Assembly: GCA_903838705.1 (NCBI GenBank)
Contig: CAILZL010000028.1
Coordinates: forward strand, 428-64,427
DNA length: 64,000 bases
Origin: an uncultured Pseudomonadota bacterium
GTDB taxonomy: Bacteria > Pseudomonadota > Gammaproteobacteria > Steroidobacterales > Steroidobacteraceae
Direction of reading: 5' to 3'
Under the pieces are notes generated by a model. It saw only the letters and a program-made list of their open reading frames with translations. It was not told where the DNA came from and ran no database searches. A program made the position numbers and the translations under genes. Below are positions 49,698 through 59,666 of this stretch, piece by piece. Positions within the stretch are counted from its first letter, which is position 1; every line of letters starts with the position of its first letter.

Positions 49698-52600
49698 TTG
49701 AGCAAGAAATTCCTTCTGCCTTCTGCTGAAAAGCCACGCGTACGCTGGGGCCAGCTGTATGGCTCTGCCATGGCGTTAAAACTGGCCGAGGCGGCACAGC
49801 AATTATCTGCGCCGCTGCTGGTGATTGCCGGCAACGCCCGCGAACTCAGCCGCCTTGAAGATGAGCTGCGGGTATTTCTGCCCGGGTCGGTGTCACTGCT
49901 GAGCCTGCCCGGCTGGGAAACCTTGCCCTATGATCAGTTTGCACCGCATCCGGACATTATTTCGCAGCGCCTGAGCACCCTGTCGCGTCTGCCGCATCTG
50001 AAACAGGGTGTGGTGCTGGTGGATGTGGATACGGTGATACAGCGATTGCCGCCCCGCAGCTATATCGAGGCACACGCCTTTGATATTGCGGTCGGTCATC
50101 AGCTGGAACTCCATTCGTTTCGCAACAAGCTGACAGCCGCAGGCTATGCGCATGTTTCGCAGGTTATGGCACCCGGCGAATTTGCAGTGCGCGGCTCGTT
50201 GCTGGATCTGTTCCCGATGGGCAGTGCGACACCTTATCGCATTGATCTGTTCGATGAAGAAGTGGAAAGCATCCGCAGCTTCGATGCCGACACACAACGC
50301 ACGCTGGAAAAGACGGAACACATTCATCTGCTGCCCGCACATGAGTTTCCGCTCAGTACCGAAGGCGTGCAGTTGTTCAAGCGGCAGTTCCGCACGCGCT
50401 TTGAAGGCGACCTGACCCGTGTGCCCATATACAAGGACGTGACCGAAGGCGCCGCACCAGCCGGCATTGAATACTACCTGCCGCTGTTCTTTGAACAGGT
50501 CAGCGAGATTTTCACTTATCTGCCCGCTGAGTCTGCTGTGGCCTGCACCGCTGAATTCAGTGGCCTGCTGGAAGAGTCGTGGAACTCCATTGTGATGCGT
50601 CACGAACAACGGGCGCATGATGTGGAACGTCCAATCCTGACTCCGCAAGAACTGTTCCTGCCACCTGCGGAATTTCTGGAGCAGCTGAACTCACGCCGAC
50701 AGATCGAACTGTTCGTCAATGAACTTGATCCGAACCGGCAGCATATTTCCTGGCAGAACTTTGACAGCACCACGCCCCCCCCCGTGAAACTGGATGCTCG
50801 CGCACCCGAACCGGCACGCGCCTTGCTGGATCATCTGCACACCTATCAGGGTCGCACTCTGATTGCTGCGGAGTCGACAGGACGCCGCGAAATGATACTG
50901 GATATTCTGCGCAAGCATCAGCTCAATGCACCCAGCATTGATGACTGGCAGCTGTTCATGAACAGCGAAATTCCGCTGGCCATTACTGTCTCGCCGATTG
51001 CACGCGGCCTGCAACTGAAAGACCCTGCGATCACGGTGCTGGCTGAAGAACAGCTGTTCGGTGAACGCGGCAGACAGGAGCGACGCCGCCGTCGTGCGGA
51101 TCGTGATCCGGAAAAAATTATTCGTGACCTGTCCGATCTGATGCCGGGTTCACCCGTGGTGCATGATGAATACGGCGTAGGCCGTTATCTGGGATTGCAG
51201 ACCATGGAAGCCGGCGGACTCATGGGCGAGTTTCTGGTGCTGGAATATGCCGATGGCGACAAGATTTATGTGCCGGTGCAATCTCTGGATCGGGTCAGTC
51301 GCTACACCGGTTCGGGTGGCGATAACGCGCCGCTACATAAACTCGGCACAGACACCTGGGCAAAGGCCAAGAAAAAAGCCGCGCAGAAAGTACGTGATAC
51401 GGCGGTGGAACTGCTCGACCTGTATGCACGCCGCGCGGCACGTCAGGGCACATCATTGCAAGCTGCTGATGCAGACATGCTGGCCTTTGCGGATGCGTTC
51501 CGCTTTGAAGAAACCCCGGATCAGGCTCAGGCCATTGCCGCCGTGGTTGAAGACATGCGCAGCGGCAAACCGATGGATCGCGTGGTGTGTGGTGATGTGG
51601 GTTTCGGTAAAACCGAAGTCGCGCTGCGTGCGGCATTCGTAGCGGTGCAAGCGGGCAAGCAGGTGGTGGTGCTGGTGCCCACCACACTGCTCGCACAACA
51701 GCACTACCAGACCTTTGCGGATCGCTTCGCAGACTGGCCGGTGAAAGTTGAGACCATGTCACGCTTCCGCACCACCGCGCAGGTGAATGAAGCGTTGAAG
51801 GGACTGGAAGCCGGCACGGTGGATATCGTGGTGGGTACGCATCGCCTGTTGCAGAGCTCGGTGCACTTCAAGAATCTGGGCTTGATCATCATCGACGAGG
51901 AACATCGCTTCGGTGTGAAGGACAAGGAAAAACTGAAACATCTGCGTGCAGAAGTGGATGTACTGACCCTGACCGCCACCCCCATTCCGCGTACTTTGAA
52001 CATGGCCATGGGTGGCCTGCGTGATCTGTCGCTGATCACCACACCGCCCTCTTCACGCCTCGCCATCAAAACCTTTGTCACGCCCTTCGATGGCACTGCG
52101 GTACGTGAAGCCTGTCTGCGCGAGATCCGACGTGGCGGCCAGATCTACTATGTTCACAACAGCGTGGACACCATCGAAAAGACCGCACGCATGCTCAGTG
52201 AGCTGGTGCCTGAATCCAATATCGCCATCGGTCACGGACAGATGCGTGAACGCGAACTGGAACAGGTGATGCTGGATTTCAGTCATCAACGTTGCAATCT
52301 GTTTGTCTGTACCACCATTGTAGAAAGCGGCATTGACGTGCCTACCGCCAACACCATCATCATTGATCGCGCCGATAAATTCGGTCTGGCACAGTTACAC
52401 CAGATGCGCGGTCGTGTGGGACGCTCACATCATCAGGCTTATGCCTACCTGCTCACGCCACCCAAGGCCAACATGACGCCGGATGCAATCAAGCGTCTGG
52501 AAGCCATCGAATCGCTGGAAGATCTTGGCGCTGGATTCACGCTGGCCACACATGACCTGGAAATCCGTGGTGCCGGTGAACTGCTGGGCGAAGGCCAGAG

Positions 52601-53192
52601 CGGCCAGATTCAGGAAATCGGTTTTGCGCTGTATATGGAAATGCTGGAACGCGCTGTCGAGGCGCTGAAACAGGGCAAGACGCCTGATCTTGATCAGCCG
52701 CTGCACCGTGGGCCGGAAGTTGATCTGCACGTACCCGCGCTGCTGCCTGAGGATTATATGCCTGATGTGCATATGCGGCTTGTGCTGTACAAACGCATTG
52801 CTGCGGCCGAGTCCACCGATGCGCTGCGCGATCTGCAAACGGAAATGATTGACCGGTTCGGACTGCTCACCGAAGCGGGCAAGAATCTGTTCCGGATTAC
52901 CGAGCTGAAACTGCGTGCCAAAGCCATCGGCATCCGCAAACTGGATCTGCACGCCAATGGTGGCTATGCCATGTTTGATAAAGATGCCAGCATCGATCCG
53001 ACCAACCTGATCCTGTTCGTGCAGCGTAATGCACGTACCCATAAATTTGATGGGCCACTGAAATTACGTTTCACCCTGCCACTTGAGCATCCCGAAGCCC
53101 GCTTCAAGGCTGCGGAAGATTTGCTGGATGGGATTACACTTGCGCCTGCGGCGATCGCTGCTGCAGCCATCGCCAAGAGCCGTAAAAACTGA
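49698..53192 (+). CDS. mfd: Transcription-repair coupling factor Mfd
   Basis: 1164 aa. It has a UvrB-homology N-terminus, an RNAP-interacting domain (VHDEYGVGRY), SF2 motifs (GDVGFGKTEVA, DEEHRFG, QLHQMRGRVGRS) and a TRG/CarD-like region. The ORF opens with TTG at 49698, and the first ATG is at 49767. Confidence 0.93.
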   Translation: MSKKFLLPSAEKPRVRWGQLYGSAMALKLAEAAQQLSAPLLVIAGNARELSRLEDELRVFLPGSVSLLSLPGWETLPYDQFAPHPDIISQRLSTLSRLPHLKQGVVLVDVDTVIQRLPPRSYIEAHAFDIAVGHQLELHSFRNKLTAAGYAHVSQVMAPGEFAVRGSLLDLFPMGSATPYRIDLFDEEVESIRSFDADTQRTLEKTEHIHLLPAHEFPLSTEGVQLFKRQFRTRFEGDLTRVPIYKDVTEGAAPAGIEYYLPLFFEQVSEIFTYLPAESAVACTAEFSGLLEESWNSIVMRHEQRAHDVERPILTPQELFLPPAEFLEQLNSRRQIELFVNELDPNRQHISWQNFDSTTPPPVKLDARAPEPARALLDHLHTYQGRTLIAAESTGRREMILDILRKHQLNAPSIDDWQLFMNSEIPLAITVSPIARGLQLKDPAITVLAEEQLFGERGRQERRRRRADRDPEKIIRDLSDLMPGSPVVHDEYGVGRYLGLQTMEAGGLMGEFLVLEYADGDKIYVPVQSLDRVSRYTGSGGDNAPLHKLGTDTWAKAKKKAAQKVRDTAVELLDLYARRAARQGTSLQAADADMLAFADAFRFEETPDQAQAIAAVVEDMRSGKPMDRVVCGDVGFGKTEVALRAAFVAVQAGKQVVVLVPTTLLAQQHYQTFADRFADWPVKVETMSRFRTTAQVNEALKGLEAGTVDIVVGTHRLLQSSVHFKNLGLIIIDEEHRFGVKDKEKLKHLRAEVDVLTLTATPIPRTLNMAMGGLRDLSLITTPPSSRLAIKTFVTPFDGTAVREACLREIRRGGQIYYVHNSVDTIEKTARMLSELVPESNIAIGHGQMRERELEQVMLDFSHQRCNLFVCTTIVESGIDVPTANTIIIDRADKFGLAQLHQMRGRVGRSHHQAYAYLLTPPKANMTPDAIKRLEAIESLEDLGAGFTLATHDLEIRGAGELLGEGQSGQIQEIGFALYMEMLERAVEALKQGKTPDLDQPLHRGPEVDLHVPALLPEDYMPDVHMRLVLYKRIAAAESTDALRDLQTEMIDRFGLLTEAGKNLFRITELKLRAKAIGIRKLDLHANGGYAMFDKDASIDPTNLILFVQRNARTHKFDGPLKLRFTLPLEHPEARFKAAEDLLDGITLAPAAIAAAAIAKSRKN

Positions 53193-53201
53193 GTCACCAC
53201 C

Positions 53202-54143
53202 ATGAATGATTTTCTCGTCGCTGCACTCTACAAATTCGTCTCGCTGCCTGACTGTAATGCGATGCGCGAACCTTTACAGGCATGCTGTGACCAGCACGGC
53301 GTGAAGGGCACTCTGCTGCTGGCGAATGAAGGCATCAATGGCACCATCGCCGGCACACATGCAGGCATCAAGGCCGTGCTTGCCTATCTGCGCAGCGATC
53401 CGCGTCTGGCCACACTTGAACACAAGGAATCGCTGGCACCCAGAATGCCGTTCAACCGCATGAAGGTGCGCGTAAAGAAAGAAATCGTCACCATGGGTGT
53501 GCCGGACATCGACCCGAACAAGATCGTCGGTACCTATATCAAGCCTGAAGACTGGAATGCGCTGATCAGTGACCCAGATGTCGTTCTGATTGATACCCGT
53601 AATGATTATGAAGTGGCCATCGGTACCTTCAAGGGTGCAATCGATCCCAACATCAAGAGTTTCCGGGAATTGCCGGGCTGGGTAAACGAACAGAAGATGC
53701 TGGAGAAAAAACCCAAGGTGGCCATGTTCTGCACCGGCGGTATTCGCTGCGAAAAATCCACTGCCTTCATGAAAGTGCAGGGCTTTGATGAGGTGTATCA
53801 CCTGCAGGGCGGGATTCTCAAATACCTTGAACAAATACCGGAAGAAAACAGCCTGTGGGAAGGCGAATGCTTCGTGTTCGACGAACGCGTGGCGGTAAAG
53901 CATGGCTTGCAGGTCGGTGAACATCAGTTGTGCCGCGCCTGTCGTGAGCCCATTGGCCCGCAGGACAAGCTCTCGCCACTGTTTGAACTGGGTGTCAGCT
54001 GCCCGCGCTGTCATGCGCATACCAGCGATGAAAAGAAACACCGGATGCGTGAACGCCAGAAACAGGTCGAGCTGGCAGCAGCCCGGCGCCAGCAACATGT
54101 GGGCGCCAAACATCCGCCCAAACGTAAAGCAGAGACACTGTAA
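53202..54143 (+). CDS. trhO: Rhodanese-domain tRNA uridine(34) hydroxylase TrhO (YceA/UPF0176)
   Basis: It has the N-terminus [10 protein letters not shown], a rhodanese active-site loop [10 protein letters not shown], and C-terminal Cys pairs (CRAC...CPRC). Confidence 0.82.
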   Translation: MNDFLVAALYKFVSLPDCNAMREPLQACCDQHGVKGTLLLANEGINGTIAGTHAGIKAVLAYLRSDPRLATLEHKESLAPRMPFNRMKVRVKKEIVTMGVPDIDPNKIVGTYIKPEDWNALISDPDVVLIDTRNDYEVAIGTFKGAIDPNIKSFRELPGWVNEQKMLEKKPKVAMFCTGGIRCEKSTAFMKVQGFDEVYHLQGGILKYLEQIPEENSLWEGECFVFDERVAVKHGLQVGEHQLCRACREPIGPQDKLSPLFELGVSCPRCHAHTSDEKKHRMRERQKQVELAAARRQQHVGAKHPPKRKAETL

Positions 54144-54212
54144 CCACTGTGGTTACCCCCTGTTATCTGCTGTAATGTCCCAGATTGAATTCTGTTCTTT
54201 ACCCTAGAGTTG

Positions 54213-55742
54213 ATGATGAACAAGCCCCGTACTGCGATCACCCCCACCCGCGATGAAAACTACGCTGAGTGGTATCAACAGGTCATTCGCGCCGCCGATC
54301 TGGCAGAAAACTCTGCGGTGCGTGGTTGCATGGTGATCAAACCGTGGGGATATTCACTGTGGGAAAACATGCAGCGTGTGCTGGATGATGAATTCAAGGC
54401 TACCGGCCATCAGAACGCCTACTTTCCCCTGTTCATTCCGTTGTCTTTCCTGCAGAAAGAAGCCTCGCATGTCGATGGCTTTGCTACCGAATGTGCGGTG
54501 GTGACACATCATCGTCTTGAAAAGAATGCCGAAGGAAAACTGGTCCCGACCGGTGAGCTGGAAGAACCGCTGGTGGTGCGCCCCACTTCGGAAACCATCA
54601 TCGGCGATGCCTTTTCACGCTGGGTGCAGAGTTACCGCGACCTGCCCCTCCTGATTAACCAGTGGGCCAATGTGGTTCGCTGGGAAATGCGTACCCGTAT
54701 GTTCCTGCGTACCGCCGAATTTCTGTGGCAGGAAGGTCACACCGCCCATGCCACTCGCGATGAAGCTGTGACTGAAACCATGAAGATGCTGGATGTCTAT
54801 GCCGACTTTGCTGAAAACTATATGGCGATGCCCGTAATCAAGGGCGAGAAAACAGCCGGCGAACGCTTCCCCGGCGCAGAACAGACCTTTTGTATTGAAG
54901 CCATGATGCAGGATCGCAAGGCATTACAGGCCGGCACCAGTCATTTCCTTGGTCAGAATTTCGCCCGGGCCAGCGGCATTCAATTCCTTGATCAGAACGG
55001 CACACAACAACATGCCTGGACAACCAGCTGGGGCGTCTCCACCCGCCTGATCGGCGGCATGCTGATGACACACTCCGATGATGATGGACTGGTGCTGCCA
55101 CCGAAACTGGCACCCACCCATATCGTGATCATCCCCATCTATCGCAATGATGACGAACGCGCCAGAGTGCTGGAATACTGCAACAGCGTTGCAACGGAAC
55201 TGCGCAAAGAAACCTTTGCCGGGCGCAAGCTGAATGTGAATGTCGATAACCGTGATGAACGTGGCGGCGACAAGGTATGGCACTGGATCAAGAAAGGTGT
55301 ACCGTTACGCATTGAAGTCGGCCCGCGCGACATGGAAAAGAATGCGCTGTTCGTGGGACGACGCGATCAGGGCCATAAGGACAAGCTCAGCATTGATCGC
55401 AACGAGTTCATTTCCAGTGCTGCCGGTATTCTGCAAGGCGTCCACGACAACCTGCTGGCCAGAGCCAGAGCGCACCGCGCCGCTCATACGCGCAGCATTG
55501 ATACTCAGGAAGAGTTCTACGCTTACTTTACTCCGCCGCACACAGAAGCCAACCAGCCCACACCAATCCACGGCGGCTTCGCGATGACACATTTCTGTGG
55601 CGATGTTGAACTGGAAAAGAAGATCAAGAATGACCTGTCGGTCACTGTGCGTTGCATTCCACTGGAAACCACTGAACCGGGCACCTGTCCGTTCACAGGA
55701 AAACCCAGCCGCACCCGCGTGGTCTGGGCCAAGTCTTACTGA
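54213..55742 (+). CDS. proS: Proline--tRNA ligase, archaeal/eukaryote-like architecture (no INS editing domain, C-terminal Zn-binding-like domain ending in Tyr)
   Basis: It reads NYAEWYQQVIRAADL....VRGCMVIKPWGYSLWE, FRTAEFLWQEGHTAH, GTSHFLGQNF and a C-terminal ...RVVWAKSY. Its length of about 509 aa compares with about 570 aa for the INS-containing bacterial type. Confidence 0.88.
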   Translation: MMNKPRTAITPTRDENYAEWYQQVIRAADLAENSAVRGCMVIKPWGYSLWENMQRVLDDEFKATGHQNAYFPLFIPLSFLQKEASHVDGFATECAVVTHHRLEKNAEGKLVPTGELEEPLVVRPTSETIIGDAFSRWVQSYRDLPLLINQWANVVRWEMRTRMFLRTAEFLWQEGHTAHATRDEAVTETMKMLDVYADFAENYMAMPVIKGEKTAGERFPGAEQTFCIEAMMQDRKALQAGTSHFLGQNFARASGIQFLDQNGTQQHAWTTSWGVSTRLIGGMLMTHSDDDGLVLPPKLAPTHIVIIPIYRNDDERARVLEYCNSVATELRKETFAGRKLNVNVDNRDERGGDKVWHWIKKGVPLRIEVGPRDMEKNALFVGRRDQGHKDKLSIDRNEFISSAAGILQGVHDNLLARARAHRAAHTRSIDTQEEFYAYFTPPHTEANQPTPIHGGFAMTHFCGDVELEKKIKNDLSVTVRCIPLETTEPGTCPFTGKPSRTRVVWAKSY

Positions 55743-55764
55743 TCGCAGTACTGGAAATAATGAC

Positions 55765-55790
55765 GGCAGGCCACTCAGCCTGCCTCTTTT
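55765..55790 (+). terminator. Rho-independent terminator after proS (hairpin overlaps the hrpA stop codon)
   Basis: GGCAGGC-cactca-GCCTGCC is followed by TCTTTT. It lies between convergent proS and hrpA. Confidence 0.65.
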
Positions 55791-58700
55791 CGCGCCCGCT
55801 CAAGTTGCTCAGCCAGACGCTTGGCTGAAACAGGCATAAGGGTCTTCAATTCCTGAGCGAACAGGGAAACACGGAATTCCTCGATCATCCATTTCAGCCT
55901 GACCAACTCGATCTGCACCAGCGACTTGCGTGCCACCAACTGCTGATACTCTTTCATAAACGGCTGTAACTGCTGCATCAGACTGGCATCACGCGTCACA
56001 TTACCAGCCAGTTTTTCGACCCGACGTGCCAGCGCCTTAAGGTATCGGGGTAAATAGCCGAACCAGGGTGGCGGAATGCTCTGCAGGAAATCACCAGACA
56101 CCAGACCATTCAGCTGCTGTTCGATATCCGTTCTTGCAGTTGCAAACGCGGGCGCATTCAATCTGGAAACGGCCTGCCTGATCGTATGCAGATCCCTGAA
56201 CATGCTCAGCATACTTTCCGTCATCCTGACCACTGACGAATTCAACTCAGTACGACGTGCATCAAGCAGCTGATTGAAATCCTCAACCGATCGAGGCACT
56301 GACTGATTTTCCGGTAAGAAACATTCACGGAATACGCGCTCGGACAAACTATCTGCCAGATGTTTGCTGCCCGACAACCCATGCCCCAGCAACATCAGCT
56401 CTCGATTGGATGAGAACTGCTGACGGGCAAACTTATATTGCTGCGGCAACGCCAGCACCAGCAGGCGTAATACGCCAAGACGCATGACCTCCCCGGCCTG
56501 CTCAGGGCTACTGAACTCAACCAGCTTGACATGATCCTGATGATCCATGATTGCCGGATACACTTTGTAGCTCACACCATGACGCTGTGCCACACGCACT
56601 TCAGGCACTGAACCAAATGACCAGCTCCGGTATTGATCATCAGGAGATGCACCAGCAGGCAGAATGGACTCACTGACCGCACCAGAGTGATGAGCCTCCC
56701 GGATCAACGTTCGTAAATCCCGCCCCTGCGCCACCACTTTGCCTTTGGCATTCTGAACACAGAAATACGGATTGAGATACGGCGGAACTGACAACGCATT
56801 CAATTCATCAAGGGTAAAGGCTGTTCCACTGATCCTGGTTATCCAGCGTACCAGCGCCAATGAAATATCAGACTGATGCGACACCTCCTGCAAGGCCTGC
56901 TCAGCAAACCTGGGAACGGGCAAAAAAATCTTGCGTAGCGACTTCGGCAATGCGCGCAGGATTTCCGTTATCCGTTCCAGCCGCCAGCCCGGCACACACC
57001 AGCTCAGCCGGGCTTGATCAAGGGAAACCAGCAACGGTGCCGGAACCACAATCGTCACACCGTCATCCTCATCTGCCGGTTCAAACTTGTAATGCAACGG
57101 CAGCTGATTTCCCCCCACATCAATACAAGCAGGATATTCAGAAAGATTAAAATCATTCAAATCTCTCTGCGCGACATCTTCAATTGTCATTCTCAGGTGC
57201 TGAGCACTCAGGCGTTGCTCGCGTAGCCAGCCATTCAATGCAGTTGCCGAGTGAATGTGTTCAGGCAAATGCCGCAAATAGAAATCAACCTGAGACTGTT
57301 CAGTAATGAGCACATCCCTGCGCCGGATTTTTGCCTCCAGCGACTCGACCTGTTTAATGACTGACCGGTTGTGATCAATAAAATCGGCCTTGATATCGGA
57401 CTGCCCTTCCACCAGCGCAGCACGCACAAAAATCTCACGCGCCTGCTCCGGCTCAACGCTGGCATAGTTCACCCGACGACCGGCCGAAAGAATCAGCCCG
57501 TACAACGAAGTGCTTTGCAACGCAGCAACGAATCCTCTTCTGGCTTCCCATGTGGGTTCGCTGTAGCTTCGTTTTAGCAAGTGCGCTGCTACCGATTCGA
57601 TCCACTCGGGCTCGATCGCCGCCACCATGCGCGCATACATACGATTGGTTTCCACAAGACTGGCCGCCACCACCCACTTCGGTGGCTTGCTGGCCAAAGG
57701 TGTACCCGGTGCAACCACGAAACGGGTACCTCGTGCACCCAGATACTCCCGATTTTCTTCAAGCGTACCAATGCCTCCTAAAAAACCGGACAGAATCGCC
57801 TGATGCAGATCGGCAAAGTTGGCTTCGGCCTGATTGGATTTGAGCCCCAGCTCATCAATGGCTTCACGCAACTGACTGTGCACTTCCTGCCATTCGCGCA
57901 CTCGAACAAAGGACAGAAATTCCTCGCGGCACCACTTACGCAACTGATTGCCGGAAATCGACTCAACTGTTTCATGAAAACGCCGCCACAAACTCAGCAC
58001 CGTCATAAAGTCGGATCGCGCATCTGCATACGAAGCATGATGCTGATCCGCTTTTTGCTGTGCATCCTGAGGGCGCTCACGCGGGTCCTGAATCGAAAGA
58101 AATGCAGCCACCACCAGCATTTCACGCAGGCAACGGTGATGCCCTGCAGCGATCAGCATCCGTGCCAGACGCGGATCCAGCGGCAGGGTCGCAATCTGCT
58201 TTCCCAGACTCGTGATCTGGCGATTTGCATCGACTGCTTTTAATTCCTGCAACAACCGATACCCGTCATTGATGGCCTTCAGCTCAGGGGCATCCACAAA
58301 TGGAAAAGATAAAGGGTCAGATAACCCGGCCGAGGCAAGTTTCAGAATGACGCTGGCCTGATTTGTTCTTAACAACTCTGGTGCAGTGAATTCATCACGC
58401 GCTTCAAAATCAGCTTCATCGTACAGACGAATGCAGATACCTGCTGCAACACGCCCGCACCGGCCTTTGCGCTGATCAGCATTCGCTCTGGCGATTTTCT
58501 CAATGTGCAGACGTTGCACCTTGTTGCGCACACTGTAGCGACTGATGCGTGCCAGTCCTGAATCCACGACATACCTGATCCCCGGTACGGTCAGCGAGGT
58601 TTCAGCCACATTGGTGGACAGCACAATGCGACGTCCCGTGTGTCTGGCAAAGATCTTTTCCTGGTCACCCACGGACAGGCGCGCATATAACGGTAGAATT

Positions 58701-59662
58701 TCAGTGTTTCTCAGCCTGGCATCCGAAAGTACTTTGGCAGTTTCTCGAATCTGCTTTTCCCCTGGCAAAAACACCAGCACGTCGCCACCCGTACCTTGAG
58801 CACTCTGCTCAAGTTCCTGCACTGCCGCCAGCACACCCTGCGGCAGTGACAGCTCAACAGCTTCCTCGTCATCCGAAAACAATGGACGATAGCGAACCTC
58901 TACCGGATAACTGCGCCCTGATACCTCAATCACCGGCGCACCGCCGAAAAATTCAGAAAACTTTGCGGGATCAATCGTGGCCGAAGTGATTATCAATTTA
59001 AGATCAGGCCGGCGCGGCAAGACCTGTTTCAGCATACCCAGAATCAGATCAATATTGAGGCTACGCTCATGAGCCTCATCAATGATTAACGTATCGTAAC
59101 GTCGCAGATCCCGATCAGCTTCCATCTCTCGCAAGAGTATTCCGTCAGTCATCAGCTTGACACGACAACGCGGGCCGGTGTGATCCGTAAAACGCACCTG
59201 GTAACCTACCGCGTCACCCACGGCCGTACCCAGCTCGCTCGCCACCCGATTCGCCAGCGCACGGGCAGCAATTCGTCTTGGCTGTGTATGGCCTATCAGG
59301 CCAGAGATACCACGCCCGGCTTCAATACACATTTTTGGCAACTGGGTACTTTTGCCTGATCCGGTTGCACCACACAGGATGATGACCTGATGCCGTGCCA
59401 GCATCGCTACAAATTCATCACGATGTACACTGATTGGCAGCTCAGCATCATAGTCAAGCCTGAGCGGCAGATTGCGCAGCATCTCCACGTGTGACACACA
59501 GGATTCAATTCGCTGCGTCAACTTGAGAACGGCAGCATTCACATCTCGACCCGCAGCATGCTGGGAGTGTAATCGCTGCCATTCCCGATCCAGCTTTGGA
59601 CGTTCGAGCAAACGAGTCATCGCGATGCGTGCGCGCAACGCAGTCCATTCCTGCCTTGTCAT
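55775..59662 (-). CDS. hrpA: ATP-dependent RNA helicase HrpA (DEAH-box)
   Basis: 1295 aa. It has GATGSGKSTQLPK, DEAHERS (IIDEAHERSLN), TSAT, TNVAETSLT and QRKGRCGR, plus HA2/OB and a long HrpA-specific C-terminus. Confidence 0.93.
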   Translation of the reverse strand: MTRQEWTALRARIAMTRLLERPKLDREWQRLHSQHAAGRDVNAAVLKLTQRIESCVSHVEMLRNLPLRLDYDAELPISVHRDEFVAMLARHQVIILCGATGSGKSTQLPKMCIEAGRGISGLIGHTQPRRIAARALANRVASELGTAVGDAVGYQVRFTDHTGPRCRVKLMTDGILLREMEADRDLRRYDTLIIDEAHERSLNIDLILGMLKQVLPRRPDLKLIITSATIDPAKFSEFFGGAPVIEVSGRSYPVEVRYRPLFSDDEEAVELSLPQGVLAAVQELEQSAQGTGGDVLVFLPGEKQIRETAKVLSDARLRNTEILPLYARLSVGDQEKIFARHTGRRIVLSTNVAETSLTVPGIRYVVDSGLARISRYSVRNKVQRLHIEKIARANADQRKGRCGRVAAGICIRLYDEADFEARDEFTAPELLRTNQASVILKLASAGLSDPLSFPFVDAPELKAINDGYRLLQELKAVDANRQITSLGKQIATLPLDPRLARMLIAAGHHRCLREMLVVAAFLSIQDPRERPQDAQQKADQHHASYADARSDFMTVLSLWRRFHETVESISGNQLRKWCREEFLSFVRVREWQEVHSQLREAIDELGLKSNQAEANFADLHQAILSGFLGGIGTLEENREYLGARGTRFVVAPGTPLASKPPKWVVAASLVETNRMYARMVAAIEPEWIESVAAHLLKRSYSEPTWEARRGFVAALQSTSLYGLILSAGRRVNYASVEPEQAREIFVRAALVEGQSDIKADFIDHNRSVIKQVESLEAKIRRRDVLITEQSQVDFYLRHLPEHIHSATALNGWLREQRLSAQHLRMTIEDVAQRDLNDFNLSEYPACIDVGGNQLPLHYKFEPADEDDGVTIVVPAPLLVSLDQARLSWCVPGWRLERITEILRALPKSLRKIFLPVPRFAEQALQEVSHQSDISLALVRWITRISGTAFTLDELNALSVPPYLNPYFCVQNAKGKVVAQGRDLRTLIREAHHSGAVSESILPAGASPDDQYRSWSFGSVPEVRVAQRHGVSYKVYPAIMDHQDHVKLVEFSSPEQAGEVMRLGVLRLLVLALPQQYKFARQQFSSNRELMLLGHGLSGSKHLADSLSERVFRECFLPENQSVPRSVEDFNQLLDARRTELNSSVVRMTESMLSMFRDLHTIRQAVSRLNAPAFATARTDIEQQLNGLVSGDFLQSIPPPWFGYLPRYLKALARRVEKLAGNVTRDASLMQQLQPFMKEYQQLVARKSLVQIELVRLKWMIEEFRVSLFAQELKTLMPVSAKRLAEQLERARKEAG

Positions 59663-59666
59663 CGCT

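Noticed and set aside
49893-50648. 251-aa minus-strand ORF inside mfd, together with 52425-53042 (205 aa) and 51295-51762 (155 aa)
   Set aside because: All three are antisense to the well-supported Mfd reading frame. They are low-complexity or His/Arg/Gln-rich translations without motifs or start-site signals, so I treat them as shadow ORFs.
53274-54113. 279-aa minus-strand ORF covering almost all of trhO
   Set aside because: It is antisense to TrhO, which carries a clear rhodanese active-site loop. The antisense product has no recognisable features.
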